Source of the DNA: Syntrophobacterales bacterium
GTDB taxonomy: Bacteria > Desulfobacterota > Syntrophia > Syntrophales > CAMTWB01
Reading direction: 5' to 3'
NCBI GenBank assembly: GCA_037441775.1
Contig: JBBIRO010000008.1
Location: 13,054 to 77,053 of the forward strand
Length of the DNA: 64,000 bases
Below, in pieces: positions 37,410 to 44,136 of this stretch (position 1 is its first letter; each line of letters opens with the position of its first letter). A program made the position numbers and the translations under genes. The notes under the pieces were generated by a model, which ran no database searches, was not told the DNA's origin, and was given only the letters and a program-made list of their open reading frames with translations.

Positions 37410-38240
37410 CTAATTGTCCACCCCAGAGGGGAAGATGGATTGCGTTTCGGCCCCCAATTTTTGTGAAATAGTCCCGGCTATTCGGACAACCTGCCGGCCA
37501 TATTCCTGAATCTTGATCCGGGGAAATGTTCCGATGAGAATGAGACAGCCAATCATTTTCTCGCCCAGGCCAAACACGGGCGAGCTGACCACGTTCACCC
37601 CTGCGGTAACTTCCCCCGCATCCCAGGCAAACCCCTGCTGCCGGCATTGCCGGAGATCATTTTTTAAACGATCCATATCCGGCAGCGATGTTTCTCCATA
37701 AAAGTAGAGCTTCTTTTGGGATAGGATTCTTTTTTGGTCATAATCGTTCATAAAGGCGACCATCGCTTTCCCGTGGGCTCCCAGGGTGATATGGAAGCGG
37801 TGCCCCAGGCGCAAGGAAAACCCGATATTCTGATTTCCTTCGTGCTTGGCCACCACAAAGAGATGATCGGCGCTGATAATGGCAAAAAGCGCGGTTCCGG
37901 CAGTTTCCTTGGCCAGTGGTTCAAGAAAGGGAGCGACTACGTCAGGATAAGAAAGCTGATCCAGTATTCTGCGTGATAAAAAAATTAAACCCGGGCCCAA
38001 AAAGTAGGTTTTTGCATGGTCATCTTTTTCTACCAGGCCAAACATTTTCAAAGTGTTGAGAATCGAATATCCTTTGCTCTTGTGGATGCCGACCGCTTGG
38101 CATATTTCCGTAAGCGTGATCTTGAATTTTTCGCTTTTCCCCATGTGGAGAAGGATTTTTGCCGCCTGCTCAACCGCGGGGACGAGAGGCTTAGTATTTG
38201 GAAGATGGGAGGCCGTCTCTTCGGCAGGGGTTATTTTCAT
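37410..38240 (-). CDS. IclR-family transcriptional regulator
   Basis: N-terminal HTH (FKITLTEICQAVGIHKSKGYSILNTL) and a C-terminal IclR effector domain (GVNVVSSPVFG). First gene of the minus-strand operon. Confidence 0.9.
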   Translation of the reverse strand: MKITPAEETASHLPNTKPLVPAVEQAAKILLHMGKSEKFKITLTEICQAVGIHKSKGYSILNTLKMFGLVEKDDHAKTYFLGPGLIFLSRRILDQLSYPDVVAPFLEPLAKETAGTALFAIISADHLFVVAKHEGNQNIGFSLRLGHRFHITLGAHGKAMVAFMNDYDQKRILSQKKLYFYGETSLPDMDRLKNDLRQCRQQGFAWDAGEVTAGVNVVSSPVFGLGEKMIGCLILIGTFPRIKIQEYGRQVVRIAGTISQKLGAETQSIFPSGVDN

Positions 38241-38278
38241 ATTTCAACCTTAAGAGTAAAGCCTGCAACGGAAAATTA

Positions 38279-38312
38279 TTCTATATATAGAACTATGTTC
38301 TGTATATTACAA
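38279..38312 (-). promoter_or_regulatory. Candidate sigma70-type promoter of the IclR operon, overlapped by palindromic operator-like sites
   Basis: The minus strand reads TTGTAA-17 nt-TATATA about 40 nt upstream of the iclR ATG. The -10 lies inside the perfect 14-bp palindrome TTCTATATATAGAA (38279-38292). It is adjacent to GAACTATGTTC (38290-38300). Confidence 0.35.
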
Positions 38313-38555
38313 GGAGCCGTTCTGGCTTGTCAAGCGATTTTTTTCAGAATATCCGAAACGCCGCAAAGGGTTATTTTTCGGGAATTACGGGAAGTTTTTT
38401 CTTTGAAGTGAAAACAATCAGTGGTAGAATGATATCAAATTATCGGAAAAAGCGAAGTTCGTATATTAATTGTTCGTGGATGCTATCGGAAAGATGGAAC
38501 CTATGTTCGAGGTCATTATAGAGCAAGGCCGCGTCGATAACTGAGAATTGCAGCT

Positions 38556-39242
38556 ATGAACTTAAAAGTAAATATATTCCTAGTGTTATTAACCACCATT
38601 TTTCTACCGATCTTGGTGCAGGCCCAAGAACATGTAGGGCGTGTTCTTGGAGTAACTGATGGGAATACAATAACCCTTCTCGATCCGAGCAAGCACCAAA
38701 TCAAGGTACGGCTTGCCGAGATTGATACACCGGAATCCGCACAGCCCTATGGCAACCGTGCAAAACAAGAACTTTCTAAATTGGTATTCGGGAAGACGAT
38801 TACACTCAAAGTGCACGATACCGACCGCTACGGACGTATTGTTGCTCGCGTCTATGTTGATACGCTTGATGTAAATGCTGAAATGGTGCGGCGAGGTGCG
38901 GCTTGGGTTTATAGGAAGTATGCAAGAGATCATGGCCTTTATGTTTTAGAAGATCAAGCGCGGCAAGCCAAAGTGGGCTTGTGGAGCTTGACGGAAGCGG
39001 AAAGAGTTCCGCCGTGGGAATGGCGTAATGCCAAGCAAAGGCCCTCTAAAGACGAAGCAACCATCCCAGCATATAGCCAAACACCTCAACATAGCACCGG
39101 CCAAGGTTTTACGTGCGCTGGCAAAACAAAATGTGGGCAAATGACTAGTTGTGCAGAGGCGTATTTTTACTTGAACCAATGTGGGCTCACCAGTCTTGAT
39201 AGGGATAAAAACGGAATACCATGTGAAAGCATATGTCGCTGA
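38556..39242 (+). CDS. Secreted thermonuclease (SNase-like) with a C-terminal Excalibur Ca-binding domain
   Basis: Signal peptide (LPILVQAQE). SNase motifs (VTDGNTITL...IKVRLAEIDTPE...DRYGRIVARVY...NAEMVRRGAAWVYRKY). Excalibur C..M.SCAEAYFYL..CG...LDRDKNGIPCE. The GC content is lower than its surroundings. Confidence 0.85.
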   Translation: MNLKVNIFLVLLTTIFLPILVQAQEHVGRVLGVTDGNTITLLDPSKHQIKVRLAEIDTPESAQPYGNRAKQELSKLVFGKTITLKVHDTDRYGRIVARVYVDTLDVNAEMVRRGAAWVYRKYARDHGLYVLEDQARQAKVGLWSLTEAERVPPWEWRNAKQRPSKDEATIPAYSQTPQHSTGQGFTCAGKTKCGQMTSCAEAYFYLNQCGLTSLDRDKNGIPCESICR

Positions 39243-39279
39243 AATACTGTTTATAGATGAAAAGCAAATTAAATTAATC

Positions 39280-39353
39280 GCCTACAACAGCATCAACACG
39301 GACTGGCTATTCCGCTGCGTTCCGTTGTCAGCCGGTTATGCGGAGCGTTAGCC
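39280..39353 (+). repeat. attC-like imperfect palindrome, copy 1 (74 nt)
   Basis: GCCTACAAC...GTTAGCC. ~85% identical to the copy at 40061. Folds with arms GCATCAACACGG / CCGGTTATGCGG, leaving two unpaired bases on the 5' arm. Confidence 0.5.
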
Positions 39354-39384
39354 GTCTAAGCAATGACGTAAGGAGGATTAGCGT

Positions 39385-40041
39385 ATGAAATTGAAAACAA
39401 TGATCGTCATGGTTGGGATTATTGCATGTGTGATTATTGCATGTGTATCGGGTAGTACCTTTGCCCAAGATACTGTGGTGAAAGAGTTCTCCGGATCAGG
39501 TGGAAAAAACACAAGCCCTTTTTCAGTAAAGGATGGGTGGGAGATTCAGTGGGATGCTAAGGGCGATATTTTCCAGCTGTTTCTATACACAGCAAAAGGA
39601 GATATGGGAGGCGTTCCGGCGAATCAACAAGGATCTGGCAAAGGGTCATCCTACCAAGCCAAAGGCGGACAGTATTATCTTCAGGTTAATGCCATTGGGA
39701 ATTGGGCTATCAAGGTGGTTCAGACTGGCGGGCAGTCTTCCAGTGTAGAGGTGAACAAGAGCGACTCAAAGACAACCTCTTCCGAAATTGCGACCTTTTC
39801 TGGCTCTGGTGGCAAGAACACTAGACCATTTACGACCACCGGGCCTTGGGAGATTCAGTGGGATGCTAAGGGCAATATTTTCCAACTGTTTCTATACACA
39901 GCAAATGGAGATATGGCAGGCGTTCCGGCAAACCAGCAAGGATCAGGCAAAGGAACATCTTTTCAACCCAAAGCTGGCAAATACTACCTTCAAGTGAACG
40001 CAATCGGAACTTGGAGCATAAAAATAGTCCCCGTAAGGTAG
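39385..40041 (+). CDS. Secreted protein made of two tandem ~100-aa repeats, unknown family
   Basis: Signal peptide (VSGSTFAQD). Repeat unit FSGSGGKNT.PF....WEIQWDAKG.IFQLFLYTA.GDM.GVPANQQGSGKG.S.Q.K.G.YYLQVNAIG.W.IK.V occurs twice. AAGGAGG RBS. Confidence 0.7.
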   Translation: MKLKTMIVMVGIIACVIIACVSGSTFAQDTVVKEFSGSGGKNTSPFSVKDGWEIQWDAKGDIFQLFLYTAKGDMGGVPANQQGSGKGSSYQAKGGQYYLQVNAIGNWAIKVVQTGGQSSSVEVNKSDSKTTSSEIATFSGSGGKNTRPFTTTGPWEIQWDAKGNIFQLFLYTANGDMAGVPANQQGSGKGTSFQPKAGKYYLQVNAIGTWSIKIVPVR

Positions 40042-40060
40042 ACGAGGAATAGGAATGGGC

Positions 40061-40135
40061 GGCTAACAACCGCATCAACTCGGACTGGCAATTCCGCTGC
40101 GCTCCATTGCCAGCCGATTATACGGAGCGTTGGCA
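40061..40135 (+). repeat. attC-like imperfect palindrome, copy 2 (75 nt)
   Basis: GGCTAAC AA CCGCATCAACTCGG A CTGGCAAT tccgctgcgctcc ATTGCCAG CCGATTATACGG AGC GTTGGCA. The left end GGCTAAC is the exact reverse complement of GTTAGCC, which ends copy 1. Confidence 0.5.
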
Positions 40136-40164
40136 GAAATCATAAACAATAAAAGGGGACGAGA

Positions 40165-40518
40165 ATGGCAAATTGGGATGGAATCAAGGCTAAGGTGGAA
40201 GCGAACGACAACGTATGCACTGTGATCATGAGCGAACTGAGGGATGCGACGGGAAAAGATAAGTTGGGGGTCCACGTCAGGACAGAAATAAGTAAAACTT
40301 TAGCGGGCATGGGTTTGGGTCATATTCCGCAAGAGTTGCCATCATATCAGCATGAGTCTGTAAGGCTATACAAGCGAGGGACTCCTGTCGGTGATCTGAT
40401 AGAAATAGTAATGATTCCCGGGGAATCGAATGACTTAAAATTGAAAGAACAGTTTCCGCAACAAACCGTTGATTACGCCAGGATCATTGAACAAATTAGG
40501 GAATTAGTTGCAGAATGA
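40165..40518 (+). CDS. Hypothetical protein (117 aa), no family recognised
   Basis: ORF with an AAAAGGGGA RBS-like sequence upstream. No signal peptide. It lies between attC-like copy 2 and degenerate attC-like sequence. Confidence 0.6.
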   Translation: MANWDGIKAKVEANDNVCTVIMSELRDATGKDKLGVHVRTEISKTLAGMGLGHIPQELPSYQHESVRLYKRGTPVGDLIEIVMIPGESNDLKLKEQFPQQTVDYARIIEQIRELVAE

Positions 40519-40696
40519 TTGCGTGCATTACTTATCAACCACTCAGTACGAGAGGCAGTTCTATGAAGGGAAAATGGCGGCATAAAAATACTTCCGCTGC
40601 GCTTGAAAGCCTGCAGCCGTTAAGAGAGTGATGGCGGTAGCCCCGCCATATTGCCTGGTTTTGTTTTGACTGCCTATTCCCCTGGACAATTTAGGC

Positions 40697-40935
40697 GCAT
40701 AACAACCTCAGCCATCAACATTTGACGGCTTCGTAAAAAGTCCGGATGCTTAAGTTGTGCCGCATCACCAGTCACTCAAGGCGTACGTAAAGAACGCCTT
40801 ATACCTCGTGATTTGTGCGCCTTGCCCCAAGGCCTTTTTAAAAAGCCGCCCTCAAAACTTTCATTTATGTGATTTTTTACGAATGCTTCAATATTTCACG
40901 CCCGTTTGGTTATTGGCGGTTGTTCCGGTTTATGC
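40697..40935 (+). repeat. Possible third attC-like palindrome, split by MITE copy C
   Basis: Joining 40697-40722 (GCATAACAACCTCAGCCATCAACATT) to 40891-40935 (...GGTTATTGGCGGTTGTTCCGGTTTATGC) gives a 71-nt imperfect palindrome. Its ends are GCATAAC / GTTTATGC and its paired arms are AACAACC / GGTTGTT. Confidence 0.3.
40723..40890 (+). mobile_element. MITE-like repeat, full-length copy C (168 bp)
   Basis: Left terminus TGACGGCTTCGTAAAAAGTCCGGATGCTTA. Internal inverted terminus CTTTTTAAAAAGCCGCC (40834-40850). Right terminus TTTTTTACGAATGCTTCA, the inverted repeat of the left end. Confidence 0.7.
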
Positions 40936-40983
40936 TATAGGGAAATAAATCCAATCAAACTAGATGCATAAAAGGAGGAACAT

Positions 40984-41904
40984 ATGTATCTGCCCCCCCA
41001 GGTTACCATTGTCGAAGTCGGTCCCAGGGACGGCCTCCAGAATGAAGCCCAATTCGTCCCGACGGATAAGAAGATGGAGCTCATCGAAATGCTGAGCTTA
41101 ACGGGTATTTCCAGAATTGAGATCACCTCATTTGTGCATCCCAAAGCAATCCCCCAGTTAATGGATTCGGATGAGGTTGCAAGAAGAGTCATTAAAAAAC
41201 CCCATGTCACCTTCTCCACTCTGGTGCCTAACGAAAAAGGAATGGAGCGGGCAATCTCTGCCGGAGTATCAGAGATTGCCCTTTTTGTTTCGGCATCAGA
41301 GGCTCACAATCAGAAGAACGTGAAGATGTCCATCGCCGAGTCGCTCAAGGGCTTTAAGAATATTGCGCACCAGGCTCAGGAGCAAAAAATAACCATGCGG
41401 GGCTATGTGGTAACTGCTTTTGGCTGTCCCCTGGAAGGGATGATTCCTCCTGAACGAATCGAATTCATCATTAAAGAGTACCTGAGTCTGGGGGTACGGG
41501 AAATCGCTTTGGGAGATACTACGGGAATGGCGAATCCATTGCAGGTAAGCCGCCTGCTGCAAATGATTTTACCCAGTACCGGTAAGACCGCTGTCGCCCT
41601 TCACTTTCATGATACCCGGGGATTGGCTTTAGCCAACATTCTTACGGCATTGCAAGAGGGGGTCACAGTTTTCGATGGCGCAATCGGCGGGCTGGGCGGT
41701 TGTCCGTATGCTCCCGGGGCGTCCGGTAATGTTGCCACTGAAGACCTGGTTAACATGATGGAAGAAATGGGCATCGATACCGGTATTGATCTGGAGCGAC
41801 TCCTTGATTGTGCCCGGTTGGCAAAAGACCTTATCGGCCGGCCATTGCCGGGTCACCTTGCTTCGGCCGGGAAAATATCCTGGCCTAAGGATACTGGCCA
41901 ATGA
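40984..41904 (+). CDS. Hydroxymethylglutaryl-CoA lyase (HMGL-like DRE-TIM enzyme)
   Basis: VTIVEVGPRDGLQNE, EITSFVHPKAIPQ, HFHDTRG, GGLGGCPYAPGASGNVATEDL motifs. AAAAGGAGG RBS. Confidence 0.9.
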   Translation: MYLPPQVTIVEVGPRDGLQNEAQFVPTDKKMELIEMLSLTGISRIEITSFVHPKAIPQLMDSDEVARRVIKKPHVTFSTLVPNEKGMERAISAGVSEIALFVSASEAHNQKNVKMSIAESLKGFKNIAHQAQEQKITMRGYVVTAFGCPLEGMIPPERIEFIIKEYLSLGVREIALGDTTGMANPLQVSRLLQMILPSTGKTAVALHFHDTRGLALANILTALQEGVTVFDGAIGGLGGCPYAPGASGNVATEDLVNMMEEMGIDTGIDLERLLDCARLAKDLIGRPLPGHLASAGKISWPKDTGQ

Positions 41905-42380
41905 CTACAAATGCATCAAAATGCCCCCACTGCGGTAAAGAAATACCTGTCTATCGCAACCCCTTGCCAACGGTTGACATTATCGTGGAAATTCCCGACG
42001 GCAAAGTTATTCTGATAAAGAGGAAGAATCCCCCACCTGGCTGGGCCTTGCCCGGCGGATTCGTGGATTGGGGCGAATCGATCGAGGAAGCCGCCATCAG
42101 AGAGCTCAAGGAAGAGACTAATCTATCCGTTACCTCGCTCATCCAGATGCGTACCTATTCCCGGCCGGACCGTGACCCCCGCTTCCATACCATCACCACT
42201 GTTTTTATTGCCCAAGCCGAAGGAATAGTCTTCCCTCAAGACGACGCCTGCGAAATAGGATTTTTTTCCCAGGAAAACTTGCCTCAGGATATGGCCTTTG
42301 ACCACCGGGAGATTCTAAACGATTATTTCAATAATCCTGAGCGAAGCGTATCTGACGTCAAAATGTCTTATCTTCCCTGA
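41901..42380 (+). CDS. NUDIX hydrolase with an N-terminal zinc-ribbon-like CxxC
   Basis: Nudix box GGFVDWGESIEEAAIRELKEETNL. CPHCGK at the N-terminus. ATGA overlap with the lyase gene. Confidence 0.85.
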   Translation: MTTNASKCPHCGKEIPVYRNPLPTVDIIVEIPDGKVILIKRKNPPPGWALPGGFVDWGESIEEAAIRELKEETNLSVTSLIQMRTYSRPDRDPRFHTITTVFIAQAEGIVFPQDDACEIGFFSQENLPQDMAFDHREILNDYFNNPERSVSDVKMSYLP

Positions 42381-42542
42381 ATTTGATCGCCTGAACGCAA
42401 AAAGGCTATGGTGAAGCCCTGCCTATCGAGTCCGACCTTACGATAGCAGGACGTCAGAATAACCGCCGGTCCGAGGCTGTCGCAGACTACATCAGAATCA
42501 GGAAATAGGGGAGATAAACGGATAAATATCGGCTATGTTCAC

Positions 42543-42577
42543 AAACCCCTCCCCTCAAGCCAAGTAAGGGGGGGGGA
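42543..42577 (-). terminator. Candidate intrinsic terminator downstream of tctA
   Basis: 10-bp G/C stem (CCCCTCCCCT / AGGGGGGGGG, one G-T pair) with an 11-nt loop. On the minus strand it is followed by TTTGTG. Confidence 0.45.
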
Positions 42578-42603
42578 CTGATCCCTTCCGTTCCATTGGC
42601 CGT

Positions 42604-44109
42604 CTATGACTCCTCCCGGAACGCTTCCTCACGCTTTTTGTATAATGCCGGAATACATGCCAGAAGCAGGGCCAGAACGGCCAGCCCCAGCAGGGTCGCG
42701 CTGATGGGCCGTTGTAGGAAAACCATCGGGTCGCCACGGGAAAGGAGCAGCGCCCGGCGCAGATACTCTTCCATGAGGGGCCCCAAAATAAAAGCCAGGA
42801 GCATCGGCGCCGGCTCACAGTCCAGTTTGGTGAAGATGTAACCCAATATCCCGAAGATCGCCATAAAGTAGATATCAAACTCGGCATTTTTCAGGCTGAA
42901 TACGCCGATCGCGCAAAAAACCAGAATCGCCGGAAACAACAGGCGGTAGGGCACCATGATTATCCGCACCCACATTCCGATCAAGGGCAGGTTCAAGATG
43001 ACAAGAAAAAAGTTGCCGATCCACATGGAAACGATAATCCCCCAAAACAATGCCGGCTGCTGCGTAATTACCGCCGGTCCCGGCTGGATGCCTTGAATAA
43101 TCATGGCGCCAACCATGAGGGCCATTACCGGATTGGATGGTATCCCGAGGGTTAAAAGCGGGATAAACGAGGTCTGGGCGCCGGCGTTATTGGCCGATTC
43201 AGGGGCCGCAACACCTTCGATTGCGCCCTTCCCGAATTCAGCCGAGTTCTTGGAAATCTTCTTTTCTATGGAATAGGCGGCAAATGATCCCAGAATTGAG
43301 CCGCTACCGGGCAGGATTCCCAGTGACGAGCCGATAGCCGTCCCGCGGAGAATTGGCATGATCATGCGCTTCCAATCCTCCCTGGTCGGCATCAGACTGG
43401 TTATTTTTGTCACTATTTCTGAGCGGAGCCTTTCGTTCTCCAGGTTGCGGATAATCTCACCCAGGCCGAACATGCCCATTGCCACCACGACAAAACCAAT
43501 GCCATCGGCCAGCTCGGGTATACCGAAGGTAAATCTCTGGAGGCCGGAGTTGACATCCGTGCCGACCAGCCCTAAAAGCAGGCCCAGCACGACCATGCCG
43601 ACGGCGTGTAGAAGCGACCCCTGGGCCAGTACCACTGCGGCGATCAGTCCCAGCACCATCAGGGAAAAATAATCCGCGGCACCAAACTTGAGGGCCATCT
43701 CGGCCAAAGGCGGCGCGAACAGGGCCAACAGGAGGGTTGCGACAGTTCCGGCAAAAAATGAGCCGATAGCGGCTGTGGCCAGCGCCACGCCGGCCCGTCC
43801 CCGCCTGGCCATCTGGTAACCGTCCAGAGTGGTGACCACCGATGCCGCTTCGCCAGGCAGATTCACTAGAATGGAAGTGGTGGATCCGCCGTACTGGGAG
43901 CCGTAGTAAATGCCCGCCAGCATGATCAAGGCGGAAACCGGCGGCAGCGTGAAGGTGATAGGCAGGAGCATGGCGATGGTCGCCGTAGGCCCCAGTCCGG
44001 GTAAAACACCGATCAGGGTACCGAGGAAAACGCCGATCAGGCAGTACAACAGATTGGCCCAGGTCAGGGCCGTATCAAAACCTAAACTAAGGTTGGCAAG
44101 CAGTTCCAT
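42604..44109 (-). CDS. tctA: Tripartite tricarboxylate transporter, large permease TctA
   Basis: 501-aa polytopic protein with TctA-family motifs (GVLPGLGP..., GGSTTSIL.N.PGE, LPGSG, PESANNA). Confidence 0.9.
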   Translation of the reverse strand: MELLANLSLGFDTALTWANLLYCLIGVFLGTLIGVLPGLGPTATIAMLLPITFTLPPVSALIMLAGIYYGSQYGGSTTSILVNLPGEAASVVTTLDGYQMARRGRAGVALATAAIGSFFAGTVATLLLALFAPPLAEMALKFGAADYFSLMVLGLIAAVVLAQGSLLHAVGMVVLGLLLGLVGTDVNSGLQRFTFGIPELADGIGFVVVAMGMFGLGEIIRNLENERLRSEIVTKITSLMPTREDWKRMIMPILRGTAIGSSLGILPGSGSILGSFAAYSIEKKISKNSAEFGKGAIEGVAAPESANNAGAQTSFIPLLTLGIPSNPVMALMVGAMIIQGIQPGPAVITQQPALFWGIIVSMWIGNFFLVILNLPLIGMWVRIIMVPYRLLFPAILVFCAIGVFSLKNAEFDIYFMAIFGILGYIFTKLDCEPAPMLLAFILGPLMEEYLRRALLLSRGDPMVFLQRPISATLLGLAVLALLLACIPALYKKREEAFREES

Positions 44110-44136
44110 GGTGCCTTTATAGTTGTATTGCGTTCA

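Noticed and set aside
38400-40950. Calling a complete integron (with integrase and attI)
   Set aside because: No tyrosine recombinase/IntI-like ORF, Pc promoter or attI-like site could be found in the window on either strand. Only attC-like repeats are reported, and the CALIN interpretation is flagged as unverified.
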